The position numbers were made by a program, and so were the translations under genes. A stretch of 64,000 nucleotides of DNA from contig JBHGNT010000009.1 in NCBI GenBank assembly GCA_043228905.1, forward strand, positions 9,052,001-9,116,000, read 5' to 3'. A model generated the notes under the pieces. The model did not search any database, was not told the DNA's origin, and saw nothing but the letters and a program-made list of their open reading frames with translations. Shown here piece by piece: positions 21,825 through 34,745 of this stretch (its first letter is position 1; each line of letters opens with the position of its first letter). Origin of the DNA: Azolla caroliniana. Its lineage: Eukaryota; Plantae; Polypodiophyta.

Positions 21825-24800
21825 TACTCCCCCTCTTTAAAACATTGCACTCTTGCAATGGAAAGTTAGGGAAGTTAGTTCTAAGAGTATTTTCGCGTTC
21901 CCATGTGGCATCTTTTATTGATTTATCCATCCATTTTATTTTGAATTCTCGGATTTCTTTAGTACGTAATTTTTTTGTTTTAACATCGAGAATTCTTTCT
22001 GGTACATGTGGTTTAGAAGATAATTCTTCAGAAGTAACCAGAGTTTCAGTCGTAACTGTATTGTCGCCAGAACCTAGAAGTTCTTTTAGACGACTCACAT
22101 GAAAGACTGGATGAATTCCGACACCATCGGGAAGAGCGAGACGATAGGCTGATGACCCAATGCGTTTGAGGACTGTAAAAGGTCCACAAAACCGTGGGGC
22201 TAACTTAGCGCACTTACCCGTAGACAATGTCTTAGAATTGTGAGGTACACGTAAAAATACCTTCTGTCCAGGGTTGAATACACGAGGTTGCCTATGATGA
22301 TCGGCATAAAAACGCGCTCTATCTTGAGCTGTTTTTATATTATCTCGTGCAATATGCAACATATCTTGCATATCCCGAAGAAAGTTTTGCGTACTTCGCA
22401 ACTCATCATGATGTATAGTAACATCAATCGGGGCTCGTGGCTGAAAACCATACATCAACATAAAAGGACTATATCCCGTCGACGTATGCTTGGAGCTGTT
22501 ATAAGCAAACTCCAAAATTGGGAGATAACGTTCCCATTTTGTTGGTTTTGCACCAACGTATGCTCGAAGCATGTCCTCAATAATTTGATTTACTCGTTCT
22601 GTCTGTCCATCGGATTGAGGATGATCCGTGGAGCTCATGCTCAACGTAGTTTCTAACTTCTTAAAGACTTGTGTCCAGAAGTCACTAGTAAACTTTGGAT
22701 CTCGATCACTCACGATATCCATCGGTAACCCATAAAAACGAAACAATTCGTCAACGAATTGGTAAGCCAATTCAGGAGCTGTTACCGTGGTTTTAGTAGC
22801 AATAAATCTGGCCATTTTAGTTAGTCGATCAACGACAACCCAGATGGCATCATGACCTTTTTGGGTGCGAGGAAGGCTAACAATAAAATCCATGGATATA
22901 CTTTCCCACTTATTATTGGGAATGTCCAAGGGATGTAAAAGTCCTGCGGCTTTAAGTCGCTCGGCTTTGTTAACCTGACACTGGTGACATTTAGTCACAT
23001 AGCTATGTATGTCAGGACGCATCTTAGGCCAATAAAATTGAGTGGAGATGAGAACGAGTGTACGATGTATTCCAGGGTGCCCTGCTGAGGGTGCATCATG
23101 GCATTCAAAAAGAATCCTCTTTTTGACCTCGGGTAAATCTGGAACACAAACCTTCCCATTACGGTAGAGCAAACCGTTAGCAATGTGGAAGTATTCCTTC
23201 GAGGATGTGGTGGTGTCTGTTCCAGACTCAACTCTTGCCCAGTATTTTGCGAAATAACTGTCATCAGGATACTTTCCTCGAAGGTGATCATAAAGATCTG
23301 ATGATATTTCAGTGAAGCTAAGCGTGTTAACTTCACGGATGCGACTTAGTGCATCAGCGACAGTGTTCATGGAACCTTTACGATATCGTATGGAAAAATC
23401 AAAGTCCTGGATGAGATCAGCCCATCGTGCCTTACGACCTTTCAGGTCTTGTTGGTCACAAAAATATTTCAAGGACTCGTGGTCCGTAGTTACCACAAAG
23501 TGATTTCCATAAAGATAATGGCGCCATGTTTTGAGCGCATGTATAACTGCAAATAATTCCTTTTCTTGAACGGTATACCGACATTGAGCAGAATCAAGTT
23601 TCTTACTCTCGAATGCTATTGGTTTACCATCTTGATACAAGACAACACCTATAGCATAATCGCTGGCATCGGTTTCAACCTCAAAAGGTTTTGAAGGATC
23701 GGGTAAAAGAAGTGAAGGAGCCTTGCAAACCAAGTCCTTGAGTTCCTTAAAGGCAAGGTCTAGTGTAGCATTCCACACAATAGGTTTTGTAGACTTACGC
23801 GTTTGACCTTTTAAAAGATCAGTAAACGGCGTCGTCAATTGGGAGTAATTACGAAGAGACTTTCGCAAAAACCCCACAAAACCAAGGAATGATCGAACTT
23901 CTCGAATATTCCGAAGAGTGGGCCAAAGCTTGATTTTCTCAATGCGAGAAGGATCAATTTCAACTCCTCGTTCGGTTATGAGATGTCCTAGATAAGTAAT
24001 TGATTTCTTGAAGAACTCACATTTTGAGATCTTCGCATAAAACTGTTTGTCACGCAATGTTTGTAAAACAAAGTGGACATGTCTAGCATGTTCTTGTAAT
24101 GTACGGCTATAAACTAAAATATCATCCAAGAAAATAACGACAAATTTTCCAAGTTGTTCTCGGAAAATGTCATTCATTTCTTGTTGGAAAGTAGCCGGAG
24201 CATTGGTCAAACCAAAAGGCATAACCAAAAACTCGTAATGGCCATAGCGCGTACGAAATGCCGTTTTAGGAACATCGTCCTCACTTATTCGTATTTGATG
24301 GTAGCCAGTACGGAGATCAAGTTTCGTAAAATACCGAGCTCCCTGGAGACGGTCAATTAGATCGTCAGCCCGGGGCAATGGATACGAATTCTTGATCGTC
24401 ACTTTATTCAAGCGTCGGTAATTAATACACATACGCCATGTGCCCTCTTTCTTTTTAACCAAGAGAACTGGTGCACCCCATGGAGATTTACTATAACGTA
24501 TATAACCCATTCGTAAATAGTCCTTGAGTTGCTTAGATACCTCATCTTCTTCGGATCGACTTAAGCGATACGGAGGTATACTTATTGGTGCAACACCAGG
24601 TACAATATCTATACGATGGTCTATATTACGTTTAGGAGGTAACCCATCAGGTAGTTCACTTGGAAAAACATCATGAAAATCATTTAAGATTTCATCAAGT
24701 TGTTGTTGTTCAAAATATGTTAACTGAATCGGGACATTATCGATATTGTAAACGTGAATGTCCGGATCAAGTACACAATAAAATAACGTAGAACAAGACA

Positions 24801-26244
24801 ACTCGGATATTGATGGACACGAGGAAACAATCGAGAGGGATTGTTTTTTTACACATTGAATAAAATGCGTACAATCGTTCAGTACAAAAGAAATGGAATG
24901 TCGAACCCAATCAATAAATAAAGAAGAGTTTTTATTATAAAACCAGGGATAACCCAGTATTACATCGGTGGTACAAAGATTCATTACATGGAAGTCTACT
25001 TCCTCTATATAAGTATCAATAGAAATTCCTAATGAATGAATCGCCCCGTTGATGTATTGTACTCTTCCATCAGCCAAGTGCACCGTGTAGGTGTGATCAC
25101 TTACGGTGGGTTGGATTCCCCATATCTGAACCAAACGATCATTCACAAAATTGTGTGAGCTTCCCGAATCAAATAAAAATTGTACGGGAGATCCATTGAT
25201 ATACCCGTTTGCACGTAGTAAATCATTGGGACCCAATACATAGTGAGGAAAAGAACATTGACAATTACTTAAATGGTGTGTATAGACCTGAAGGACATTA
25301 GGAATCTGACCTTTATGGTCTACAGCTTTAGCTTTGTTGTCGTGCTCTTTCCGTTGGAGATTTCGACATTGATCTTTTGTATGACCCTTCTTTTTGCAGA
25401 ATACACAAAAAGGATGTTGTCGCTTACAATCGCGATCCAGGAATTCGTTGGGTGTCTTGCGTTTCCCAACAAATTGCGACTGCTTAGTCCCGGGCACTTC
25501 GTTGGGTTTGTTATGGTCCTTCTTCGAAGTGCGTTGATAGCGAAGAACTATTTCAACGGCCTCTTCGAAGGATTTTGGATCCTTATCGTGCACTATCCAG
25601 TGATAGTCCGAATTGGGGATGCCATTGACAAAACAAGCTATCAACCAATTGTCCCCTTCTAGACCCGATTTTTGGATTTGGGTTCTAGCATGGTGAACAT
25701 AGTCTTCTAGCGAGGAAAATTTCCTGCTAGAGAGGTTCATTAAAGCTTGTGCTGCCTCGGTTCGAGAGGGAGGTTGCAGAAATTGGCCCTTAAAAACCGT
25801 GACAAAATCTGTCCAGGTATCGGGCAATTTCCCCATAGTACGGAGGCCATGCCACCAAGCGGCGGCCTTACCCCCGAGTTCTCGGCCGACATATGCAATC
25901 TTCGTACTATCTGGCGTGGGATAGAGCTCAAAATGAGACTCCCATCGTCCAAGCCATGTGCAGATTGCTTCTTCGGTTCTTTCCTTTTTGTCTCCCGTAA
26001 ATGGCTTAACGACAAATGATGGTTCACCTTGTCGCTCATCAGGTCTATTAGTCTCACGTTGTAGACTAATGACACGTGCCTCAAGAGCACTCTGAGATTG
26101 CCGAAGTTCGGTCATCTGTTGAGCGGTGAAACTAAGGTATTGGGTTATTTGTGCCAAATACATCTCAGTGGACATTTGTCCAGGAGGATTCCCTTGAGTT
26201 CCTTCCGCTTGAGCGGATGACATCGGGTCGTTAATTTGAGCCAT
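21811..26244 (-). CDS. Intact gag-pol polyprotein (gag, PR, RT, RNase H, INT, chromodomain), 1477 aa
   Basis: Uninterrupted ORF with [53 protein letters not shown] and PERILD...FKIKW...ATWE. The stop codon lies inside the 3' LTR. Confidence 0.97.
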   Translation of the reverse strand: MAQINDPMSSAQAEGTQGNPPGQMSTEMYLAQITQYLSFTAQQMTELRQSQSALEARVISLQRETNRPDERQGEPSFVVKPFTGDKKERTEEAICTWLGRWESHFELYPTPDSTKIAYVGRELGGKAAAWWHGLRTMGKLPDTWTDFVTVFKGQFLQPPSRTEAAQALMNLSSRKFSSLEDYVHHARTQIQKSGLEGDNWLIACFVNGIPNSDYHWIVHDKDPKSFEEAVEIVLRYQRTSKKDHNKPNEVPGTKQSQFVGKRKTPNEFLDRDCKRQHPFCVFCKKKGHTKDQCRNLQRKEHDNKAKAVDHKGQIPNVLQVYTHHLSNCQCSFPHYVLGPNDLLRANGYINGSPVQFLFDSGSSHNFVNDRLVQIWGIQPTVSDHTYTVHLADGRVQYINGAIHSLGISIDTYIEEVDFHVMNLCTTDVILGYPWFYNKNSSLFIDWVRHSISFVLNDCTHFIQCVKKQSLSIVSSCPSISELSCSTLFYCVLDPDIHVYNIDNVPIQLTYFEQQQLDEILNDFHDVFPSELPDGLPPKRNIDHRIDIVPGVAPISIPPYRLSRSEEDEVSKQLKDYLRMGYIRYSKSPWGAPVLLVKKKEGTWRMCINYRRLNKVTIKNSYPLPRADDLIDRLQGARYFTKLDLRTGYHQIRISEDDVPKTAFRTRYGHYEFLVMPFGLTNAPATFQQEMNDIFREQLGKFVVIFLDDILVYSRTLQEHARHVHFVLQTLRDKQFYAKISKCEFFKKSITYLGHLITERGVEIDPSRIEKIKLWPTLRNIREVRSFLGFVGFLRKSLRNYSQLTTPFTDLLKGQTRKSTKPIVWNATLDLAFKELKDLVCKAPSLLLPDPSKPFEVETDASDYAIGVVLYQDGKPIAFESKKLDSAQCRYTVQEKELFAVIHALKTWRHYLYGNHFVVTTDHESLKYFCDQQDLKGRKARWADLIQDFDFSIRYRKGSMNTVADALSRIREVNTLSFTEISSDLYDHLRGKYPDDSYFAKYWARVESGTDTTTSSKEYFHIANGLLYRNGKVCVPDLPEVKKRILFECHDAPSAGHPGIHRTLVLISTQFYWPKMRPDIHSYVTKCHQCQVNKAERLKAAGLLHPLDIPNNKWESISMDFIVSLPRTQKGHDAIWVVVDRLTKMARFIATKTTVTAPELAYQFVDELFRFYGLPMDIVSDRDPKFTSDFWTQVFKKLETTLSMSSTDHPQSDGQTERVNQIIEDMLRAYVGAKPTKWERYLPILEFAYNSSKHTSTGYSPFMLMYGFQPRAPIDVTIHHDELRSTQNFLRDMQDMLHIARDNIKTAQDRARFYADHHRQPRVFNPGQKVFLRVPHNSKTLSTGKCAKLAPRFCGPFTVLKRIGSSAYRLALPDGVGIHPVFHVSRLKELLGSGDNTVTTETLVTSEELSSKPHVPERILDVKTKKLRTKEIREFKIKWMDKSIKDATWERENTLRTNFPNFPLQECNVLKRGSMLRA

Positions 26245-27424
26245 TAAAGATTATTTCTGGAAAAGAAATAGGATAAGGTCAGAGATATAGTCATAACATG
26301 TTGTCGTGATGTAAACATATCATGGGCGAGCATTAATCGATATCATTATCTCACGTCAATACCCCTCTAGACGTATGAGATGAGGTTCAAGATCAGGTTA
26401 CTATGGTAACACAAAGGTGTTTTAAAAACCATGGGGGTGACAAATAAATGTCTTTCCCTGATCTCTATATCGATTTTTTCATGGTGGCTCCCCGAGGCTC
26501 AACCATGTATGTTCGCGTCATGAATAGTTTATACACGAAAAAAAATGTTAACAATAAACTATGTTTCGGTGCCCACATAAGTGGTTTCGGCTCTTTAAGT
26601 CCTATTACGAGGACCCCGAGGTGCACTTAGACCTTAAGTCTAAACATGTGTTATAGTCATATGTATCAAGGATGTTGTATGGTCTTGGTCATATTTGAAC
26701 TCGAGACCTCGAGAACAAATACATTAAACACTTGAGCCAACCAAGTAAGTTGCTCTTCTCGAATGCTTAATGTTTGATGCGTATAAGAGATATGCGAGGC
26801 AATTGATCATATACGTTTTTTTAAAAGAACATATATGTCAAGGGTCCTTATTTCGCCCTCATTTACCAACACTATGTTGGTACGTTACCTAACCTCAAGT
26901 CTCGTAATTACGATGGCATACGCCAAAGTGCAACCTAATGGTGAAGCCAAATGAGCCCTCGTTTCGTAGTAGGCTCACGTGGGCCATCACATGGTCACGT
27001 CATTACGAATGCCTCTCGTAAGAACGAGCTCATGGTGGCATCGTATCCATGTGACGAGGGAAGGATGTTGGATACGTGCGTCATTGGAGCGACCTCACTT
27101 GAAGTGGGTCAAGCCCTACGTACTCAACATCATTATGGCTATTGCGTTTCTTTACGTAACGAAATCGAGGTCATCAACGGGGTTATCAACAATAAAAAAT
27201 TGTTGAAAAAGGAATGGTGACAACGCCATTCTCACAAAAATGTGAGGACGGCCACCAACATCCTTTTCCCGACCATGACAACTTTCGACATAATCACGTA
27301 ATAACGAATATACACATATGTTTACTTTTCACATATATACGATCAAATACGTATATATGTGACCACATATGCCTATATTAAACATATCGTTATATTAAAT
27401 AGCCACAAATGATGTGATCGAGAT

Positions 27425-27685
27425 ACGTAATCGAGGTATATACCTCCACGCACACGAAACATCCACAAATAAGAGATCATCGTAATACGCAATGGAGGTA
27501 TTGACCTCTTACGCATACGAGACCAAACGCATATCGTTTACAACAAATTAAGGTATTAAACTCATACGCAAACGTAACATATGTTCGTGAACGTAATACG
27601 TAATTGAGGTATTAACCTCGTACGCATACGACACTCATCACATATTATTAATATGTCAAACGAGGTATTGACCTCGTGCACATAT
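27425..27685. repeat. Five palindromic repeats (GAGGT-N4-ACCTC core) at 55-62 bp period in the chromovirus 5' leader
   Basis: Cores at ~27433, 27495, 27549, 27606 and 27662, usually followed by TACGCATACG-like sequence. Intervening sequence differs between units. Confidence 0.8.
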
Positions 27686-27932
27686 GTAAACGTTTTAGAT
27701 AATCAATTAAAGACCACTACAACATCATTGATTTAATGAAAAAAATTACATATAAACTAAACACATGATTAGATGGGAGAAGAGAGAATAGAAAAAAAAA
27801 ATATGGAAAGAGTTACCGAAGTTCTTTGTTGATCGTTGTCTGGATCAAGGCCAACCGCACAATGATCGATCAGCATCAATCAAAAGACAAATGAAAAACA
27901 AAGAAACATTAGTAAAAAAATCTGATACCAAA

Positions 27933-28231
27933 TATTATAGATCATAGTACTAATGTAAGCTTAAGATAAGGATAATGAAAAGATAGATAGAAAGGAGAAA
28001 GAGAAAGAAGGGTGCCGATCCACCCGACCAGGTAGCTAGGCCTCTTATTTATAGCGAAACCCAAGGCCCCCAGGCAAGTTCACACTTGACCTAATGGGTT
28101 GTCTCAATCCCGAGGATTAAAAGTAATCCTCCCCTTCTTTACACTCTCATTTAACCCTCACACTTATCCACGTGTATAGAATACTACGGTAAATTCTTAC
28201 CACGGGATATTATATGGTCATGCCCGTAACA
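27933..28231 (-). repeat. 5' LTR of chromovirus (299 bp, internally deleted)
   Basis: Direct repeat of 21370-21467 plus 21624-21824, followed by the tRNA-iMet PBS. Confidence 0.97.
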
Positions 28232-31099
28232 ACATTTAATATAGAATTACACCTTAGTACCTATATTCTACTCACACATGTGCACCTTTGCACATGAGAT
28301 GTATATATACCTCATTGTGGGTATTTTTGTATCTTGATGATGATAATGTTAATTTAATATAGAGTTAATCATCCCCCATCTTGTGTTGCTCATAAGTGTA
28401 CTTCTCTCTCTCTTCCTCTCACACACATACACACATATATCACTTAATCTTCCACTTAACTTAATCACATAATTAGGTACCAATTAACCCTTTCTTAATT
28501 ACCTATTTCTTAATAATATAGTTAAAATAAATATATTGATTATATATTGTTTACGTTATTATAATGGTTAAAGGTTTGACATGTACTCTAAGAAGTTGTG
28601 GGTTTGAATCCTTGTAAGCCAAGATGTATATCATCTTACTTGACAAGTAGGGGTGGTTTTGCAAGATGCTAAACCCATCACATTTGAGAGTAAGAAACGT
28701 ACTCCTAGTCGTGGTACTCATTTCAAGAAAAATAATTATTTGCGGCAATCATACATGCATTTATGTCATGGAGACATTACCTATATGGAAATTAGTGTGT
28801 GGTAACTATAGACGACTAGTGCAAATATTTTTGTGACCAACAATACCTTATGGCTCATAAGTGACGATAGGCAAATCAGAATCCATGAACAATGTGGCTA
28901 AGCACTGAGTTGTATTCATGAACCTAACATGCTTAGCTTCACTGAAATTAAATCTAATCATTATGAACATCATCTAATAAAGTACACCTTGATGATGTTA
29001 TTGTGGGAAATTCTTGGTTAGAGCTCAATCTAGAATAAATTCCATAAACACATCATCCTCGAAAGGAACCTTTTATATTTAAAATTTGTCTGAGGTAAAA
29101 AAACAATCTCTTTGAATTTCGTGACACGTCCTCAAGAGGGCATCCTTGGATACATCATACACTTGTTCTTATCTCTACTAAATTTGTTACATGAGGACAC
29201 ATTGCATGCATGCCATATAATGTTGGATTGACTAAAACTAACATTATATGTTTATTATCAATTCTTATCCCATTGGTCTAAGAAAAGATGCATTATTCCA
29301 TAATGAACACTATAGGTTACGATTGGAAGTTTACAAAAGCATAGACCTACAATGCACATTATATTCTTAATAAAACTTATTGATTGCATACATCACACCG
29401 ATGTAGGTGATTAGGTCACAAGTGCGTAATTGTGGGCAGTTAAGAGACAAGAGGACTGAGATGAAGAGAGTGAAAAGGGAATGACAATGTCAACAATTCA
29501 AAATAGCTATAAAACAATGGACTGCATTTTGTTTTCCATTAATTTATACAAATCATTTGACTGAAGATATGGTCTAAGATTGTTGATATGACAACATGTG
29601 CATGAGGGGGGAAACGACACTTTCCACCATGTTATGACATAGTTGATGCATCACAGAAGTAGTCATCATAGGTAGCTTCAAGATTAGTCCATGATACTCA
29701 AAATGCTTGAAATGCCTAAGCCATAAAGCTTACAACTATTTTCTTAGATATATACCACTTTTAAAACATTTTTAGCAATTTGCATCCTTGTCTCTTTTGG
29801 AAAAGTAAAGGTACGATAGTCAGTTGAATGTAATGTTGAGAGATGGCTTTGTGTTAAACGCATCTAAGAATACATAGATAAAGGTAGGCAACATTCGAGT
29901 TTAGATATTATAGAAGGTTTCGTTATGTCTAAAGAATAAAGGGGATTGAAGGCCCGGTCTAGTGAAAGTAAAGAAACAATAATAAAATTAACTTTACAAG
30001 TTGTAAAAATATTTAATGCCAAAATGTTGAAGGATTATTATCTTGATAGGTAATGTGGCAATAACAATAATAAATCCAAGACAATGTGCATGTCAAGACA
30101 TTTCCCACCACCATGATGACATGAGGAAATGATGTTGAGAATTGTTATGGGAAAAACGAGTTGAAGTTGAAATGCAACCAACTATAACTTTTTACATAGA
30201 CATCAAACTAGACAATATTATCAAAAACCAAAAGAATACACGTCAACGATAGTCTTTTGTTAAAGGTATGAGAATGTCAATCATGGTAATGAGGGATGGG
30301 GGGGGCTTTTCTCAGTGTTGAGATATTTAGGGAGGTAGGCAATTGGTATCTCAACAATATAAGTGGAGGTAGATGATTGATCCCTTACCGTTGCGTGTTC
30401 TACTTGTATTGTTTCAAAGGCACTCCTTGCATGTGAACATAGACATGCTAGTTTATATGTGTTCCAAGCCATGAGTCATCCTATGTAGTAATTAGAACTT
30501 CAAAGACAAGAAGTTCGTTTATGATGCCACATGGCACGGTCATATAATTGAAGATCACGAATGTGCATTATTTGATTGCCACGCATATGTACTCAAGGAC
30601 GGGCGGTTTGATAGAATATGTGCGTGCGACTCTTGTACACATGGAGATTTGATGAGCAATCTTCCTTTTTTATCACTTGAAACATATTATGAAAGTAAGT
30701 AGGGGGGAGATTCTATGCATGAAGTTATATTGTGCATAATTTATCTTTATTTAGCTCATAACTATGATTCATGTTTATTTACAACGTCTACACAAGAGTC
30801 GTAATATTCGAGGGTTACGACCATGTGTGCACAAGGTGCATCATGCCTTAGTGGGCTGGTTTTCCAAAAGGGAGGGATGGTGTTGTCGGCTAATAATTAT
30901 GAGACATTGGACGAGCGAGACACAATGGTTGCGATGCAACATGTGTGAAAGGGGAGACAACAACATGCATCAACATATGATTTGGGGCAATGGTGTGGAG
31001 TCCGGAACACAAGAATGGGTTTTACGCGTTGTTGCAATATGGAGATGAGTTTTTGGGATAATAAAAAAGAGAAGGAATCGACAAGGGGGTTGGGATGGG

Positions 31100-31498
31100 T
31101 AGCTAAGGTGTGGAGAGGTCATGAAGTTGAAATGATGGAGGTGGTGATATGATGATGATGATGATGATGATGATGGCGACAACAACGTCGAAGATGAGGG
31201 GGAGGATGATGGTGGTGGTGACGATAGTGATGATGATGCCAGGGATGATGGTGATGAAGAGAAGAAGAGAGATACTCTCTCATGTTGAATGGGGGTAAAA
31301 GAAAAGCAAGAGAGAGAGAGAGAGAGAGAGGGGTGGCATGTTCAATGGATGGGGGGGCACACACAAAGGAAACAAAAAGACAAGAAGAAGGAAAAGGGAG
31401 AGATGGGGGGAGGGGGTGGTATATGTCCCAATCGGAGTGCGAGAAAATACCATGTGGATCTGCGTGTGTATGTATGTGTGTATGTGTGTGTATGAGAC

Positions 31499-31529
<31 letters not shown>

Positions 31530-31876
31530 TGGATGGATGGATGGATGGGGATATGTGTGTGTGTATATATATGTATGTGATGGCATCATTGCTTACGCTA
31601 GGAAATGAAGGGACACGTAAAAAAAAAGAAAAAGACATTTAAATTTTAAAATTTTAAAATTTTAAAAAGAAAAATAAGAAAAGAAAAGAAAAGAAAGAAG
31701 CCTGAAAAACGAGAAGGAAGAAGAAGAGAAAGAGAGGAATATATACTCCCAAAAATTATTAAACGCGTGTTTTGAAGTCTACTTGCGATCGATCCCAAAA
31801 AGAAAGAGAGAAAGAGAGAGAGAGACTTGAGAGACTAAAGAGTGAAAGCGTCATCGCTGAACTAACAACCCACAAC

Positions 31877-31932
<56 letters not shown>

Positions 31933-32300
31933 TCTTTTGCTTTTTCTTTGCTTCTTCGTGTGGTGTGTGGGTTGTTGATGCTCCTTCATACCGTCATCTC
32001 CATCGTCACTGTTTCTCGTCACCATCTCTCTCTCTCTCTCTCTCTAGCTCTCTCTCTCTAGCTCTCTCTCTCTCTCTCTCTCTCCTCCTACCCTTTATTA
32101 AACCTTTTCGTTCCTTGGCCCTTCATTATCATTCATCCTCCCCCCCCAAACGAAAAAACAAAAATATAGACCTACAAATTCGTGCACCCTTCCTTGTAAT
32201 CCCTTCCATCATCCACCTCCTTCTCATTTCAATCCTTCTGCCTTTTTTCGATCCACACACACACACACAACACAACACAACACAACACAACACAATACAG
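31100..32300. repeat. Microsatellite-dense upstream/promoter region of the glutaredoxin gene: (GAT)n, (GA)n, (CT)n, (GGAT)n, (CACAA)n
   Basis: Visible simple repeats; TTTATTAAA at ~32094 is a possible TATA-like element. Confidence 0.8.
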
Positions 32301-32405
32301 AGCTGCTATCTCAAGAAGGAGTCGATCGCGCAGTTGTAAGCTAAATTTAAAGGTCTTAACGAGACACCAGGCAGGCAAGTGCATCCATCCCCATCATCCA
32401 TCAGA

Positions 32406-33098
32406 ATGATTCAGATGGCGCAGAGGCAGGCAGACTTGATCAAAGACCAATCCATGCTAAGCGCCGCCCAATCCAGACTCAAATCCAAGGGCTATAACAA
32501 TGGCGGCGGCGCCGCCGCAGGAGGCAAGGCAATTGCAGATCGAGTGTCGGCGTTATCGAAGCGGCATGTATCGGAATCGCTGGAGTCCAGCAATAGCAGC
32601 GTGGTGGCAAAGAGGAGGAGAGCCATGGGGGCAGTGCAAGGCCCGGCGGCGGCCAAAGGGGCGCGGAATGGGATCTTGTTAGCGCGTGGTGGTGCCACCC
32701 ACTCAATGCCATTGGAGGAAGGGGAAGAGGAAGAGGAGGAGGAGGAGGTGAAGGAGGATGGATTTGTTACTAGCGCGGCCACCGAGAATTCGGTGGTGGT
32801 CATCGGCATGAGCCCGGGGTGTTGTATGTGCCACGTGGCCAAGCGGCTTCTATGCAGCTTGGGTGTGAACCCGACCATTATCGAGGTGGGCAGCCAACAC
32901 ACGGAAGCCGCGCTCGAGGCCGCGCTCCGCCGGAAGCTCGAGCCATGTGAAACCGCCCCTAGCCCCTCTTCCGCCGGCCTCATCCCGGCCGTCTTCATCG
33001 GTGGCCGCCTTATTGGCGGCGTGGACAGCCTCATGTCCGCCCACATCTCCGGACACTTGATCCCCCAACTGAAAGAGGCCGGAGCCCTCTGGCTTTAA
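32406..33098 (+). CDS. CC-type (ROXY-like) glutaredoxin with long N-terminal extension, 230 aa, intronless
   Basis: Motifs VVVIGMSPGCCMCHVAKRLLCSLGVNPT and PAVFIGGRLIGG, with C-terminal LIPQLKEAGALWL (LxxL + ALWL). First ATG at 32406; AATAAA at ~33108. Confidence 0.96.
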   Translation: MIQMAQRQADLIKDQSMLSAAQSRLKSKGYNNGGGAAAGGKAIADRVSALSKRHVSESLESSNSSVVAKRRRAMGAVQGPAAAKGARNGILLARGGATHSMPLEEGEEEEEEEEVKEDGFVTSAATENSVVVIGMSPGCCMCHVAKRLLCSLGVNPTIIEVGSQHTEAALEAALRRKLEPCETAPSPSSAGLIPAVFIGGRLIGGVDSLMSAHISGHLIPQLKEAGALWL

Positions 33099-34139
33099 TA
33101 ACCCTATAATAAATATACACCCAACCAACCCAAGGCCACTTACTCTCCATATTAACACCCCCCCCCCCAAACAAATAGAGAGAGGGGTATGATTCATATT
33201 GGTTCTTTTTTCCCAGCTTAGTATGTAATTGCCCAACAAATTCTTTTTCATAACAATAGAAGCAGCTCACAAATGGGGGGGAAAAGATTTTAACATCATG
33301 AGGATTTTTACTCGATGGAACCTAGGACTTGGGACAAAAGACAAAATCATTGCCAATGATTCCATTTTGGCAGAGACGATAATGTGGTTGCTCTCCCTGA
33401 TGATGATGTATTAGAGAGAAGCACATTGATCAATAATGTATGGATCATGCAATAGGAGAATCATGTTTTGTCATAGAGGCCATGGGATAGTAAGCAAATG
33501 GAATGGGTAAAGCTTACATCAAGTAAATTGGAGCTATAGGAATGAAACACCCTTCTTCAAACAAAGGTTGATTGATTTGTTGGGCAAAGAAAACAAAATT
33601 TACACATCTACATAATTAGTGGTTCCATTGTAGATTTGAGATTCTAATACACTCCATGTTCAATCTTCCTCTCGATCAAAATAAGGACATGAAATGACAA
33701 ACTTTTGCATTGTAGTCAATTTCTATTATTCTTTGTCCCCAAATTGTGATGATGCAACTCTGACGTTTGCATTTTGTAATTCAATATCTAACCTTGTATG
33801 TCCCCTAATCAATTAAATGTAATCGGGATTTACTAGCACGTGATGACCAAAGTATCTATTGCAAAGTTATTTCTCATGTTTTTGTTCTCGAATTAAATTG
33901 ATTTAATGAGGTTAAAATTTTACGTTTGTTTTATCTATGCATATAGGATTGCAAATATATAATGGTAAGGCCTACTTGAACAGATATTCGAAACTATAAA
34001 GTCTATTTCTGTTCATCTTATCTCTTCATCAAATGCAAATGGGTATCATACTTCCACATATTTGCACTCCTCTTCTTCATTATGGATGGACAATACACCT
34101 AGATCATGCATGCTTCATTAGAGAAGTTTTTGCTTAATC

Positions 34140-34745
34140 TTCAATCTGAATGAGTCAAACAGAATTGAACCAAATAGCGAAACCACTTAAACAAACTAAA
34201 ACCGTTCAAACCAAACCACTAGAGGGATTGCAAACTCAAACCAAATAGTTCAAGATAATGACAAATGGTTTAGTTCTTAAGCCACGGTTTTGGTTTCGTT
34301 GTACACCAAAATGGAATCCAAAATATATTATTAACAAACAATATTTTTTGTTAAAATGTTTCCAAACTAAAAGTCTCCTCATTAACAGAGAAAATAGAAA
34401 ATATTGTACCTAAGATATTATAGCTTATTATATTAGCAAGCTATAGCTCCAAAGTTTTTAACTAAAACTTTATAAAGTTAAAATTTAAAATTCAATCTAT
34501 ATTACAAAAATGTCTTAACTCTAATCTTTGAAGCCGTTTAAGCAGCTGTTTAAAACTAGTTAAACTTCAAACTATTAAGTCAATAAAAGTTCAAACTGAA
34601 CCTAACCTAACTGAACATTGAACCTGCAAGCCAAACTAAACACAAACCAAAACGTTTACAAATTTTCAAACGTCTCAACCAAACCAAACCGTTTTAATTG
34701 TTAAGTCGCGGTATATGTGGCTCAGCTTGGCTCAAAACGAGCTAC
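34140..34745. mobile_element. Possible decayed non-autonomous DNA transposon with AAACC(G/A)/GGTTT subterminal motifs
   Basis: Two clusters of AAACCAAAC/GAACC repeats, each followed by GGTTT/GGCTC-type inverted motifs, in AT-rich DNA. No clear TIR or TSD. Confidence 0.35.

Larger units (their letters stand above)
21370..28231 (-). mobile_element. Full-length Ty3/gypsy chromovirus with TSD ACATT
   Basis: LTRs at 27933-28231 and 21370-21824; PBS TGGTATCAGA (27930-27921); PPT GAGGGGGAGTA next to the 3' LTR; ACATT at 21365-21369 and 28232-28236. Confidence 0.98.
20273..28515 (+). mobile_element. Internally deleted Ty1/copia remnant (INT C-half, no RT/RH) whose 3' LTR (21212-28515) is split by a chromovirus
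   Basis: LEVARAMM...KSEECILIGY..YKCYNPST, then PPT GAGGGGGCG at ~21203-21211. LTR halves 21212-21369 and 28237-28515 join to match the LTR at 51392-51842. Confidence 0.9.

Noticed and set aside
27425-27685. CRISPR array
   Set aside because: Repeats are degenerate, the context is a eukaryotic retroelement UTR and there are no cas genes. Kept only as a repeat-array finding.
30970-31638. Poly-His / low-complexity ORFs upstream of the glutaredoxin
   Set aside because: They arise from (GAT/GGT)n, (GA)n and (GT)n microsatellites, with no domain signal.
32379-32405. GTG start given by the ORF track for the glutaredoxin
   Set aside because: This is a eukaryotic gene; the first in-frame ATG is at 32406.
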